From positions 1 through 26,759 of IMG/VR virus record IMGVR_UViG_3300025096_000106: a stretch of DNA of 26,759 nucleotides, one strand, 5' to 3'. The stretch is from a virus (taxonomy: Duplodnaviria > Caudoviricetes). The notes under the pieces are model-generated. The model was not told the origin of the DNA. It saw only the letters and a list, made by a program, of their open reading frames with translations, and searched no databases. The first letter of the stretch is position 1. Every line of letters begins with the position of its first letter. The position numbers were made by a program, and so were the translations under genes. Below, one piece after another: positions 18,974 to 24,546 of the stretch.

Positions 18974-19064
18974 TGGTGCGCCACTACATCTTTAACTGGA
19001 ATGTAGAAACCAGGCGACAATATCTTCACCCGCACCAGGGCTAGTTTAGAGTCGTACCGAGACT
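18974..19064 (-). ncRNA. Structured ncRNA resembling a compact manA-motif RNA
   Basis: AGTC-TCGGTAC-GACT hairpin; TGGTGCG...CGCACCA closing helix; H-type pseudoknot CTGG/CCAG plus CTACAT/ATGTAG. It lies immediately 5' of tRNAs. The family assignment is from memory of the cyanophage manA motif. Confidence 0.6.
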
Positions 19065-19377
19065 AGATGAAGCTGATAGTATCATCACTAGAGTTTCCAA
19101 TAGTAATGTTGCCTACACAATCACCAAGATTCATAACGTTATCCAAACGACCTAAATCACCACCAGGACGGTTGATATGATCAGATGACAGATTGAAATT
19201 ATAATTTGAATCATAAGCAAAATGAGTTATGTCATTTACCTTTTTATTTAAATTACTGACTGCTTGATACTGCGTGAATAATTCAGACAGATAATCTTCA
19301 TCTCCCTCAGCAAGAGCGTTAATCAATGCTTGACGGAGTGCTTCTTCAGCAGCTTGGACTTGTGATCTTACGCTCAT
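19063..19377 (-). CDS. Hypothetical phage protein (104 aa)
   Basis: GAGGT RBS; helical N-terminus. Confidence 0.75.
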   Translation of the reverse strand: MSVRSQVQAAEEALRQALINALAEGDEDYLSELFTQYQAVSNLNKKVNDITHFAYDSNYNFNLSSDHINRPGGDLGRLDNVMNLGDCVGNITIGNSSDDTISFI

Positions 19378-19386
19378 AATAACCTC

Positions 19387-19629
19387 TTAGTATTTTACGG
19401 TATCTTTAATGTAGCAGGGCACACCTTCTGGATCTAACCATTTAGTGTAATCTACATCTTCTAGACAGGTGTCTAGTTGCATTTGGTTGTCAAGGAAATA
19501 CATGTCAAAGTATCTCTTTTTCCACTCATGGTATTTTTGAATACGGTAGTCAGGTCTACCGTTGATCTCCAGAAGACCGCACTGGACGTAGCGGTAAGGA
19601 AATCTCTCAAGAATGACTGTTGGTTTCAT
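19387..19629 (-). CDS. Hypothetical cyanophage protein (80 aa)
   Basis: Clean ORF in the operon with a candidate promoter upstream. Confidence 0.8.
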   Translation of the reverse strand: MKPTVILERFPYRYVQCGLLEINGRPDYRIQKYHEWKKRYFDMYFLDNQMQLDTCLEDVDYTKWLDPEGVPCYIKDTVKY

Positions 19630-19651
19630 CAGGTTTTTTGTTGACTTATCA

Positions 19652-19660
19652 AGTGTAGCA
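19652..19660 (-). promoter_or_regulatory. Candidate sigma70-type extended -10 promoter (TGcTACACT)
   Basis: TGnTAnnnT in the intergenic gap 23 bp upstream of the 80 aa gene; no clear -35. Confidence 0.4.
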
Positions 19661-19673
19661 TAGTTTCTGTGTT

Positions 19674-19877
19674 TTAACTAGCATCGTCATGTGTTGTCAT
19701 CATATCTTCCCAGTCAGATTCAGTAACCTGATCTGCTAGTTCTTGGTATTCATCAGCAGGGACTGCCATGACAGCAGTTCCATCTGGTTTACGAACAATA
19801 AATGTTTCGCCTGCTTCAATGCGATCCATGTATGCATCAAAGTCTTTTTCAAATTCAGCAAAGGGAACTTCAACCAT
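19674..19877 (-). CDS. Phd/YefM antitoxin-like protein (67 aa)
   Basis: Start reassigned to MVEV (AAGGAG RBS, overlaps the talC stop). EFEKDFDAYMDRIEAGETFIVRKPDGTAVMAVPADEY fits the Phd/YefM pattern, followed by an acidic tail. Confidence 0.6.
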   Translation of the reverse strand: MVEVPFAEFEKDFDAYMDRIEAGETFIVRKPDGTAVMAVPADEYQELADQVTESDWEDMMTTHDDAS

Positions 19878-20517
19878 TGATCTCCTTAAAATCGTTTTCA
19901 AAAATTGCTAAACCAGCATCGGTTAGCACATGGTTATACATTTTGTCAAACACAGCAGGTGGCAATGTGCATACATTAGCACCATACATGAAACAACGGG
20001 AGACATGGTGGACATCTCTCAAACTGGCAGCAAGGATCTTGGTGTGAACACCATGAGAGCAATACAGTCCAGAGATAGCACGGACCAGTTCAACACCACT
20101 GAGTGAATTATCATTCAGTCTGCCGATAAATGGTGAGATGTATGTTGCTCCTGCCTTCGCTACCATCACTGCCTGAGCGGCGCTGAAACAGAGAGTAACG
20201 TTAGTCTCAACACCTTGGGCAGTGAGTTCTTTACATGCCTTCAGACCCTCTACAGTGAGGGGCAGTTTGATCGTAACATTGTCAGCAATATCACGATACT
20301 TATTAGCATGAACAAGCATCTCAAAGCAAGATTCGCCTTCTACTTCAGCAGAAATGCTTTCAAAAGCAAAGTTAGTTGCTAGAGTTTTAATAAACTCAAC
20401 ATAATCTACACCAGACTTACGAACCAGTGTAGGATTTGTAGTGATGCCATCGACTAGACCAGTCTTATAGCGTTCAGCAATTGCTTCGTAATCAGCAGTG
20501 TCTAGGAAAATTTTCAT
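19870..20517 (-). CDS. talC: Transaldolase, TalC/MipB family (215 aa), auxiliary metabolic gene
   Basis: MKIFLDTAD, GITTNPTL, catalytic IKLP, NVTLCFS, YISPFIGR and ILAASLR; start reassigned to 20517. Confidence 0.96.
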   Translation of the reverse strand: MKIFLDTADYEAIAERYKTGLVDGITTNPTLVRKSGVDYVEFIKTLATNFAFESISAEVEGESCFEMLVHANKYRDIADNVTIKLPLTVEGLKACKELTAQGVETNVTLCFSAAQAVMVAKAGATYISPFIGRLNDNSLSGVELVRAISGLYCSHGVHTKILAASLRDVHHVSRCFMYGANVCTLPPAVFDKMYNHVLTDAGLAIFENDFKEING

Positions 20518-20531
20518 ATTCAGTGAGGTAA

Positions 20532-20741
20532 TTACACTCTGATGCGTTGCTGCATAGAGATACATTGTTCTTTCATATTATAATACAATTTATAATTTGT
20601 TGTCAACACGTAGTATCCCTTTATTTCACTACCATCACAATTATAACCGTAGCCCTTGAGAGGTTCATCAACTCCATCAATTCTGAAGCATTTACTACCA
20701 TTTTCTAGGTAGTTATGAAATTTCTCGTCTAGGTTGATCAT
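20532..20741 (-). CDS. Hypothetical protein (69 aa)
   Basis: ATGA overlap with the upstream gene. Confidence 0.7.
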   Translation of the reverse strand: MINLDEKFHNYLENGSKCFRIDGVDEPLKGYGYNCDGSEIKGYYVLTTNYKLYYNMKEQCISMQQRIRV

Positions 20742-20986
20742 CGTTCTTCGTAGGTTAATTTACGGACTTTTCGTTTGCGTCGTTCCTCTTGGTATTTTAG
20801 GTCATCAGGTGTCAGGATACCATGATATTTGATGTTATTGTCATGTTTCGTTAGAACCACTTGACCTAAGTCAATAGCTCCTACAGTATCGTCCACAACC
20901 TTCATGTGATTAGGACAACCACAGAACTGAACTTTGCTATTGCTTGTCAGTTCTTTGTTGCATAGTTTACATCTTGCTGTTAACAT
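20738..20986 (-). CDS. Small Zn-ribbon-like protein (82 aa)
   Basis: CKLC-x11-CGC motif and a basic C-terminus. Confidence 0.75.
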   Translation of the reverse strand: MLTARCKLCNKELTSNSKVQFCGCPNHMKVVDDTVGAIDLGQVVLTKHDNNIKYHGILTPDDLKYQEERRKRKVRKLTYEER

Positions 20987-20994
20987 TGTTCTTA

Positions 20995-21008
20995 TGAGCT
21001 ACTTGGGA
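20995..21008 (-). pseudogene. 14 nt 5' stub of a tRNA (Asn-like)
   Basis: TCCCAAG-TA-GCTC-A matches an acceptor 5' strand plus the start of a D stem, 9 nt downstream of tRNA-Asp copy 2. It is short, so chance cannot be excluded. Confidence 0.45.
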
Positions 21009-21017
21009 ATATGGAAA

Positions 21018-21091
21018 CGGGATAGAAGGGACTTGAACCCACGACCTTCGCAGTGACAGTGCGATGTTCTAACCAACTGAACTACTACCCC
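21018..21091 (-). tRNA. tRNA-Asp(GTC), copy 2
   Basis: 72 of 74 nt identical to copy 1. One change makes a T-T mismatch in the T stem. The 5' 23 nt are overlapped by the HNH ORF. Confidence 0.9.
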
Positions 21092-21608
21092 TTTTCAACC
21101 GTTTTCTAACGGCATTGTCACTAACACCAAACATTCTACCAGTAGCAGAATAACCGTTTTTAAAAACTAATTTTTGTAGTTCTTGGTTACTTGGCCAATC
21201 AGCAACTTCTCTATTTTTGCGAGAGCATTTTACTGAACAGAATATTTGAGTGATAGTTGTTAATTTTCCACACTCTTTACAAGGGTGCTTCGGTTTTTCT
21301 GGTAAAGGTTTATCCTTAAAACTCTCATCAAATTTTAGCACATTATCTGGGATATTAGCAATACCAGCATGGACTTCACGATGACAGTTAGAGCATAAAC
21401 AAACACACTTTCTAAGTTCTTCAACAAATAATTGTCTATTTGCCACAGATCCTGTTAGTGTGAAATCTTTTTGGGATGGATCAAAGTGATGAAACTCTAA
21501 TGCCTCAACACATTTATCATAACCACAAATACCACACTTACTACCAAAAGCATCAACTGCCCATCTTTTTCTTCTTTGACGAAATTGGACAACTGATTTG
21601 CCAGACAT
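21069..21608 (-). mobile_element. Free-standing HNH (homing-type) endonuclease gene (179 aa)
   Basis: CGICG...LEFHH...CLCSNCHREVH HNH/Zn core, a second Zn finger CKECG...FCSVKC, and a C-terminal HTH (YSATGRMFGVSDNAVRKRL). It sits between tRNA genes. Confidence 0.88.
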
Positions 21609-21654
21609 TCTAACCTCTAACTTTATTATTATTTATAATATTTTAGAGGTTAGA
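21609..21654 (-). promoter_or_regulatory. RBS-sequestering hairpin with a late promoter in its loop
   Basis: 12 bp perfect inverted repeat TCTAACCTCTAA/TTAGAGGTTAGA. TATAAATA at 21637-21630 lies in the loop, and the GAGGT RBS is in the 3' arm abutting the ATG. Confidence 0.85.
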
Positions 21655-21656
21655 CA

Positions 21657-21729
21657 CTCCCATCGTAGGTACTGCCCCTACCAATCTCCGATTAACAGTC
21701 GGGCCCGTTCGCTTGCTCGGTCGATGGGA
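21657..21729 (-). tRNA. tRNA-Asn(GTT), non-canonical D and T loops
   Basis: Perfect TCCCATC/GATGGGA acceptor, G73, CCGA-CTGTTAA-TCGG anticodon arm, GTAGG-GGCAGTA-CCTAC T arm. Confidence 0.82.
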
Positions 21730-21740
21730 TTGATTATGCC

Positions 21741-21776
21741 TCAACAGACTCAAGATCCTGATTGAGCTACAGGGGA
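21741..21776 (-). pseudogene. 5' remnant of a canonical tRNA-Asn
   Basis: TCCCCTG-TA-GCTC-AATCAGG, then decayed sequence ending in CTGTTGA, a likely relic of the CTGTTAA loop. Confidence 0.6.
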
Positions 21777-21777
21777 A

Positions 21778-21800
21778 TGAAAGGGGCTTCTCACCCCCCT
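21778..21800 (-). terminator. Terminator-like or processing hairpin at the tmRNA 3' end
   Basis: AGGGGG-GTGAGAAG-CCCCTT followed by only a short T run. Confidence 0.4.
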
Positions 21801-22040
21801 GAACTACTTGGGTAACAAGGCTAGTTTAACCCCGATCTCCCATTCAGGCAGTCGCGAACTCGCGAGTGCGGGAGAATGCTACGATATTATTCGCAGCAGG
21901 TGTAGATGTTTTTGCATCTGTTGTTTGCTTATCCAAGCAGGTTTCAGTCACAATCGTAACAACCCGTCTAAACCGTGGCACCCCCCTGAATGGAGGTGAG
22001 GAGAGTCGAACTCCTGTCCGAGCCTATTCGTAAAGTCACC
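21801..22040 (-). ncRNA. ssrA: Circularly permuted (two-piece) tmRNA, marine cyanobacterial type
   Basis: Acceptor piece comes first (T arm AGGAG-TTCGACT-CTCCT, then CACCTCC-A ending at 21991), then a 5 nt linker, then GGGGGTG-CCACGGTTTAGACGGG from 21985. G3-U70 pair present. Tag frame 21894-21844 reads ANNIVAFSRTREFATA*. Outer ends are approximate. Confidence 0.92.
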
Positions 22041-22058
22041 TATTCCTCAAAAGAGGAA

Positions 22059-22129
22059 AGCGGGATATCGGAATCGAACCGATGACGAAAGGTTGGAAAC
22101 CTTTAGTTTTGCCTCTAAACTAATCCCGC
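22059..22129 (-). tRNA. tRNA-Gly(TCC)
   Basis: GCGGGAT/ATCCCGC acceptor, AAAGG-TTTCCAA-CCTTT, ATCGG-TTCGATT-CCGAT, U73. Confidence 0.95.
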
Positions 22130-22133
22130 GAGA

Positions 22134-22205
22134 CAGGCTCACCTGGAATCGAACCAGGAACATTCGCTTAGAAGGCGAAGGTTATCTCCGTTTAACTATG
22201 AGCCC
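22134..22205 (-). tRNA. tRNA-Arg(TCT)
   Basis: GGGCTCA/TGAGCCT acceptor, TTCGC-CTTCTAA-GCGAA, CCTGG-TTCGATT-CCAGG. Confidence 0.95.
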
Positions 22206-22219
22206 AAGTGGTTATTCTA

Positions 22220-22255
22220 AGAAGGCAGTTGCTCTGTCCACTGAGCTACTGAGTC
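22220..22255 (-). pseudogene. 5' half of a second tRNA-Arg(TCT), ending at the anticodon
   Basis: GACTCAG-TA-GCTC-AGTGGACA-GAGC-A-ACTGC-CT-TCT, then unrelated sequence; no 3' anticodon strand or T arm. Confidence 0.85.
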
Positions 22256-22263
22256 ATATATTA

Positions 22264-22280
22264 ATTATAATACAATTATA
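22264..22280 (-). promoter_or_regulatory. Candidate early promoter for the tRNA/tmRNA operon (tandem TATAAT)
   Basis: TATAAT at 22280-22275 and 22269-22264, the latter 8 nt before the first tRNA element. AT-rich context lowers specificity. Confidence 0.5.
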
Positions 22281-22824
22281 TTTTATAGATACACAAATTT
22301 AAATTTATAACTGCTCGGTAATGTGTATCTGTTTGAGAAACACCTCTGTGTTTTAAAGTATTAGGAAATATTACTGCACGATTTGCAACTGATTCTACAA
22401 TTTGACCATCTTCAAACTCTGTATAACCATTATTCGTATTTACATAATAAACTATAACAGTAAGAGTTTTTTCTGGAACTTCTTTAATTCCAACATTTAA
22501 ATAACTATCATAATGAAAGTCAGATTTTACTGGTTTATCATTACATAATTGTAAGTTTGCTTTAATTCTAGATATAGATACAATTCTCTGTTGATTTACA
22601 ATAGGTAGAACATATTTAAAAAATGGAGAAAACGACGCAATTTTATAATCAGCAAACCAATGACTCATTTGAGTATTTAATGGATTACTTCCATAACTAT
22701 TGATGTCCATGTCACCAGTTTTTGCAGCAACCGTCCAAGGAAATTCTTTTGCTTGCACCATACGTTGCAGTTCTTCATGATCATTAGGATGAATAAATTC
22801 ATCAACCACTTGAATTTCATTCAT
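22276..22824 (-). CDS. 2OG-Fe(II) oxygenase superfamily protein
   Basis: HxD (FHYD), NNGYTEF, VESVANRAVIFP, distal His (LKHRG) and the 2OG-binding Arg (YRAVIN). Start at 22824 gives an ATGA overlap. Confidence 0.88.
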   Translation of the reverse strand: MNEIQVVDEFIHPNDHEELQRMVQAKEFPWTVAAKTGDMDINSYGSNPLNTQMSHWFADYKIASFSPFFKYVLPIVNQQRIVSISRIKANLQLCNDKPVKSDFHYDSYLNVGIKEVPEKTLTVIVYYVNTNNGYTEFEDGQIVESVANRAVIFPNTLKHRGVSQTDTHYRAVINLNLCIYKI

Positions 22825-23210
22825 GATTGCCAATGGTAATGGTAAAAGTTTCCTTTACGATCACACATGGGATCTTCCGCAACTACACGATAAGGCAACA
22901 TACGTTGTCCTTTGAAACTGGTTCTGTCTCCAATAATTGAATACGCTTCCAGAAGATTGTCTGTGTTTTTTAACCTAGCAACAACACTTGACTTTGCTGC
23001 TGGACGGCGATAAAGAAACCCTTCATATTGTCCAGGAGCATAAACTACATCAGCAACATTGTTAGGGAATACAGGGGACTTAACCCTGTTAAGGATAGAA
23101 ACTGCAACGCAGTATTCATCTTTAGTTCCAGTTGCTGCTTCAACTTGTACTGCTCGTGCAAGATGATCGTAGTCAATGGCACTGAGTGCCAGAATCGTTT
23201 CCAAAATCAA
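22821..23210 (-). CDS. Cell-wall hydrolase, SleB/Hydrolase_2 family (129 aa)
   Basis: LARAVQVEA (catalytic Glu), VAVSILNRV, FPNNVADVVYAPGQY; TTG start with an AAGGA RBS. Confidence 0.85.
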   Translation of the reverse strand: MILETILALSAIDYDHLARAVQVEAATGTKDEYCVAVSILNRVKSPVFPNNVADVVYAPGQYEGFLYRRPAAKSSVVARLKNTDNLLEAYSIIGDRTSFKGQRMLPYRVVAEDPMCDRKGNFYHYHWQS

Positions 23211-23652
23211 AATAGTCCTTCCTGTAGTAACGTCCGAGGATGTTGCTATTATAGTAGGCAGGGGTGCCGTTTGTCAAGCTCTCGGTAAGGACATCGTGGA
23301 GGAAGAGCTGGCGGGTCTCCTCGTAGTTGACCCTTCCTGGTGTGGTGTGTAAGGAGAGGATTTCTCTAGCAAAAGACTCCCGTCCAAATTTTTTAATATC
23401 ATCACTAAGTTCTGGACAACTTCCATAGTAGTTTCTCCAGTTACTTTCACTTGTAACTCTTCGCCGCTTTGTAGTTTGACCAGTATCTCTAGGCTTTCGT
23501 TTTTGCCAGAAGTATTTTCTACCGATGTAGGAACGGTTGGTGGTGCTACAGGCAATTTTGTAAACAAAACCATAGTTGTCCCCAATAAGAGACCCGTCAA
23601 AGACGCTCCCACGATACATCCATGGATTCGGATACTCTTTATTCTCTGCCAC
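23173..23652 (-). CDS. GIY-YIG family endonuclease (159 aa)
   Basis: GFVYKI...YIGRK...YYGS...EE...YYNSNI pattern; GTG start. Confidence 0.85.
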   Translation of the reverse strand: MAENKEYPNPWMYRGSVFDGSLIGDNYGFVYKIACSTTNRSYIGRKYFWQKRKPRDTGQTTKRRRVTSESNWRNYYGSCPELSDDIKKFGRESFAREILSLHTTPGRVNYEETRQLFLHDVLTESLTNGTPAYYNSNILGRYYRKDYFDFGNDSGTQCH

Positions 23653-23674
23653 ATATTCATGATATAACCTCTAA

Positions 23675-23681
23675 TATTTAT
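23675..23681 (-). promoter_or_regulatory. Late promoter core ATAAATA overlapping the pcyA stop
   Basis: cATAAATA followed by ttaGAGGTtatatcATG. Confidence 0.55.
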
Positions 23682-24364
23682 GGTTCGTCAAATAAGATCT
23701 GATTGATATAATTGTCTGCCCACTCGTCACCAAAATATTTGGCAAGGATGCGTCTAGTTTTGCCATTAAGTTTTTGATTTTTACAGTATTGTATCTGCCC
23801 TTCGTATCTTAAATCTGCACCATAGTTATCTTTATCAGATTTCCATACAGCACCAGCGTATACATCTAGATATTGATCAACAACACGACAGAAAGTAGTT
23901 CTTTCTTCATCTGTTCTCAGACTAGCAAATTTAAAATACGGAGAAAAGATGTTTCCCCATAAAGGCACATCCCGATTATTTTCAAAGTCATAAAATCTAC
24001 TGATATCAGCAATGTCATCGTATATTGGATGACTGATACTATCTACAGGAGAGATATCTGTGATGGCAGCACTAACATTATTGTTGCCAACAACAATATC
24101 TGCGCCAAAGATTGGCAAATTAAACTCAGGATCTGGATACCAAATACAATGTAAGATATCCAGTGGTCCTAGAGTAGCAATCTCTAAATGCACCTTGCGT
24201 AGACCAGTACAACTAAACATTTCATTGTGAATGTTTAAGTTCCCATCTTCAGTTTCTTTATAAACTTTTTCAAATTTATCATCAACATCTAATGGGTTTA
24301 CACATGGCAGAGTTTTTTGATGCTTACGAATAATCTTAGCAAGATCGTCAATTATTAATCCCAC
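23678..24364 (-). CDS. pcyA: Phycocyanobilin:ferredoxin oxidoreductase (ferredoxin-dependent bilin reductase)
   Basis: RKVHLEIA (Glu76 equivalent), ILHC (His88), PIFGADIV (Asp105), AAITDISP, WGNIFS, KTRRILAKYFGDEWADNYINQILFD. Confidence 0.93.
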   Translation of the reverse strand: MGLIIDDLAKIIRKHQKTLPCVNPLDVDDKFEKVYKETEDGNLNIHNEMFSCTGLRKVHLEIATLGPLDILHCIWYPDPEFNLPIFGADIVVGNNNVSAAITDISPVDSISHPIYDDIADISRFYDFENNRDVPLWGNIFSPYFKFASLRTDEERTTFCRVVDQYLDVYAGAVWKSDKDNYGADLRYEGQIQYCKNQKLNGKTRRILAKYFGDEWADNYINQILFDEP

Positions 24365-24546
24365 GGGTCAGGTATTTGAATCTCATTGCTTGGAGGAACC
24401 ATGCGTCGGTTAGACACTTTGGTCCCTCCATTATGATCTTCGCTTGTTTTTCGTTCACGCTTGGATCTTGGAGGGCTCTTACCTTCCAACCAGGTAAAGA
24501 ATCTCTTATCACAACTGAAAACCAGCGAACGTATCTTTTTCAACAT
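24355..24546 (-). CDS. Small hypothetical protein (about 63 aa)
   Basis: Fills the gap between nrdB and pcyA, overlapping both. Start taken at MLKKIR; ends IPDPWD. Confidence 0.55.
   Translation of the reverse strand: MLKKIRSLVFSCDKRFFTWLEGKSPPRSKRERKTSEDHNGGTKVSNRRMVPPSNEIQIPDPWD

Noticed and set aside
18829-19044. 71 aa + strand ORF MGFEPTTFAV...
   Set aside because: Antisense translation of tRNA genes; GFEP/NRT peptides are the typical T-loop artefact.
19674-19901. CP12 as the small acidic gene next to talC
   Set aside because: It has no cysteines and no AWD-VEEL or C-terminal CxxxPxxxxC motif; the pattern fits Phd/YefM better.
20518-20565. 16 aa N-terminal extension of talC
   Set aside because: The family starts at MKIFLDTA, and the extension overlaps the upstream gene.
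22043-22058. Hairpin TTCCTC-TTTT-GAGGAA between tRNA-Gly and tmRNA as a terminator
   Set aside because: No U tract follows on the transcribed strand; it is more likely a processing spacer and too weak to call.
18746-22255. CRISPR-like array suggested by recurring TGAGCTAC/GAACC words
   Set aside because: These are conserved tRNA D- and T-arm sequences at irregular spacing; there is no repeat-spacer periodicity and no cas gene.
21808-22302. + strand ORFs 21808..21999 and 22093..22302
   Set aside because: Antisense to the tmRNA and tRNAs.
23400-23495. Ubiquitin-like look of LEILVKLQSGEELQVKVTGETTMEVV in the alternative frame
   Set aside because: Only about 30 aa of pattern similarity, no rest of the beta-grasp fold or C-terminal GG, and the frame is constrained by the nuclease gene.
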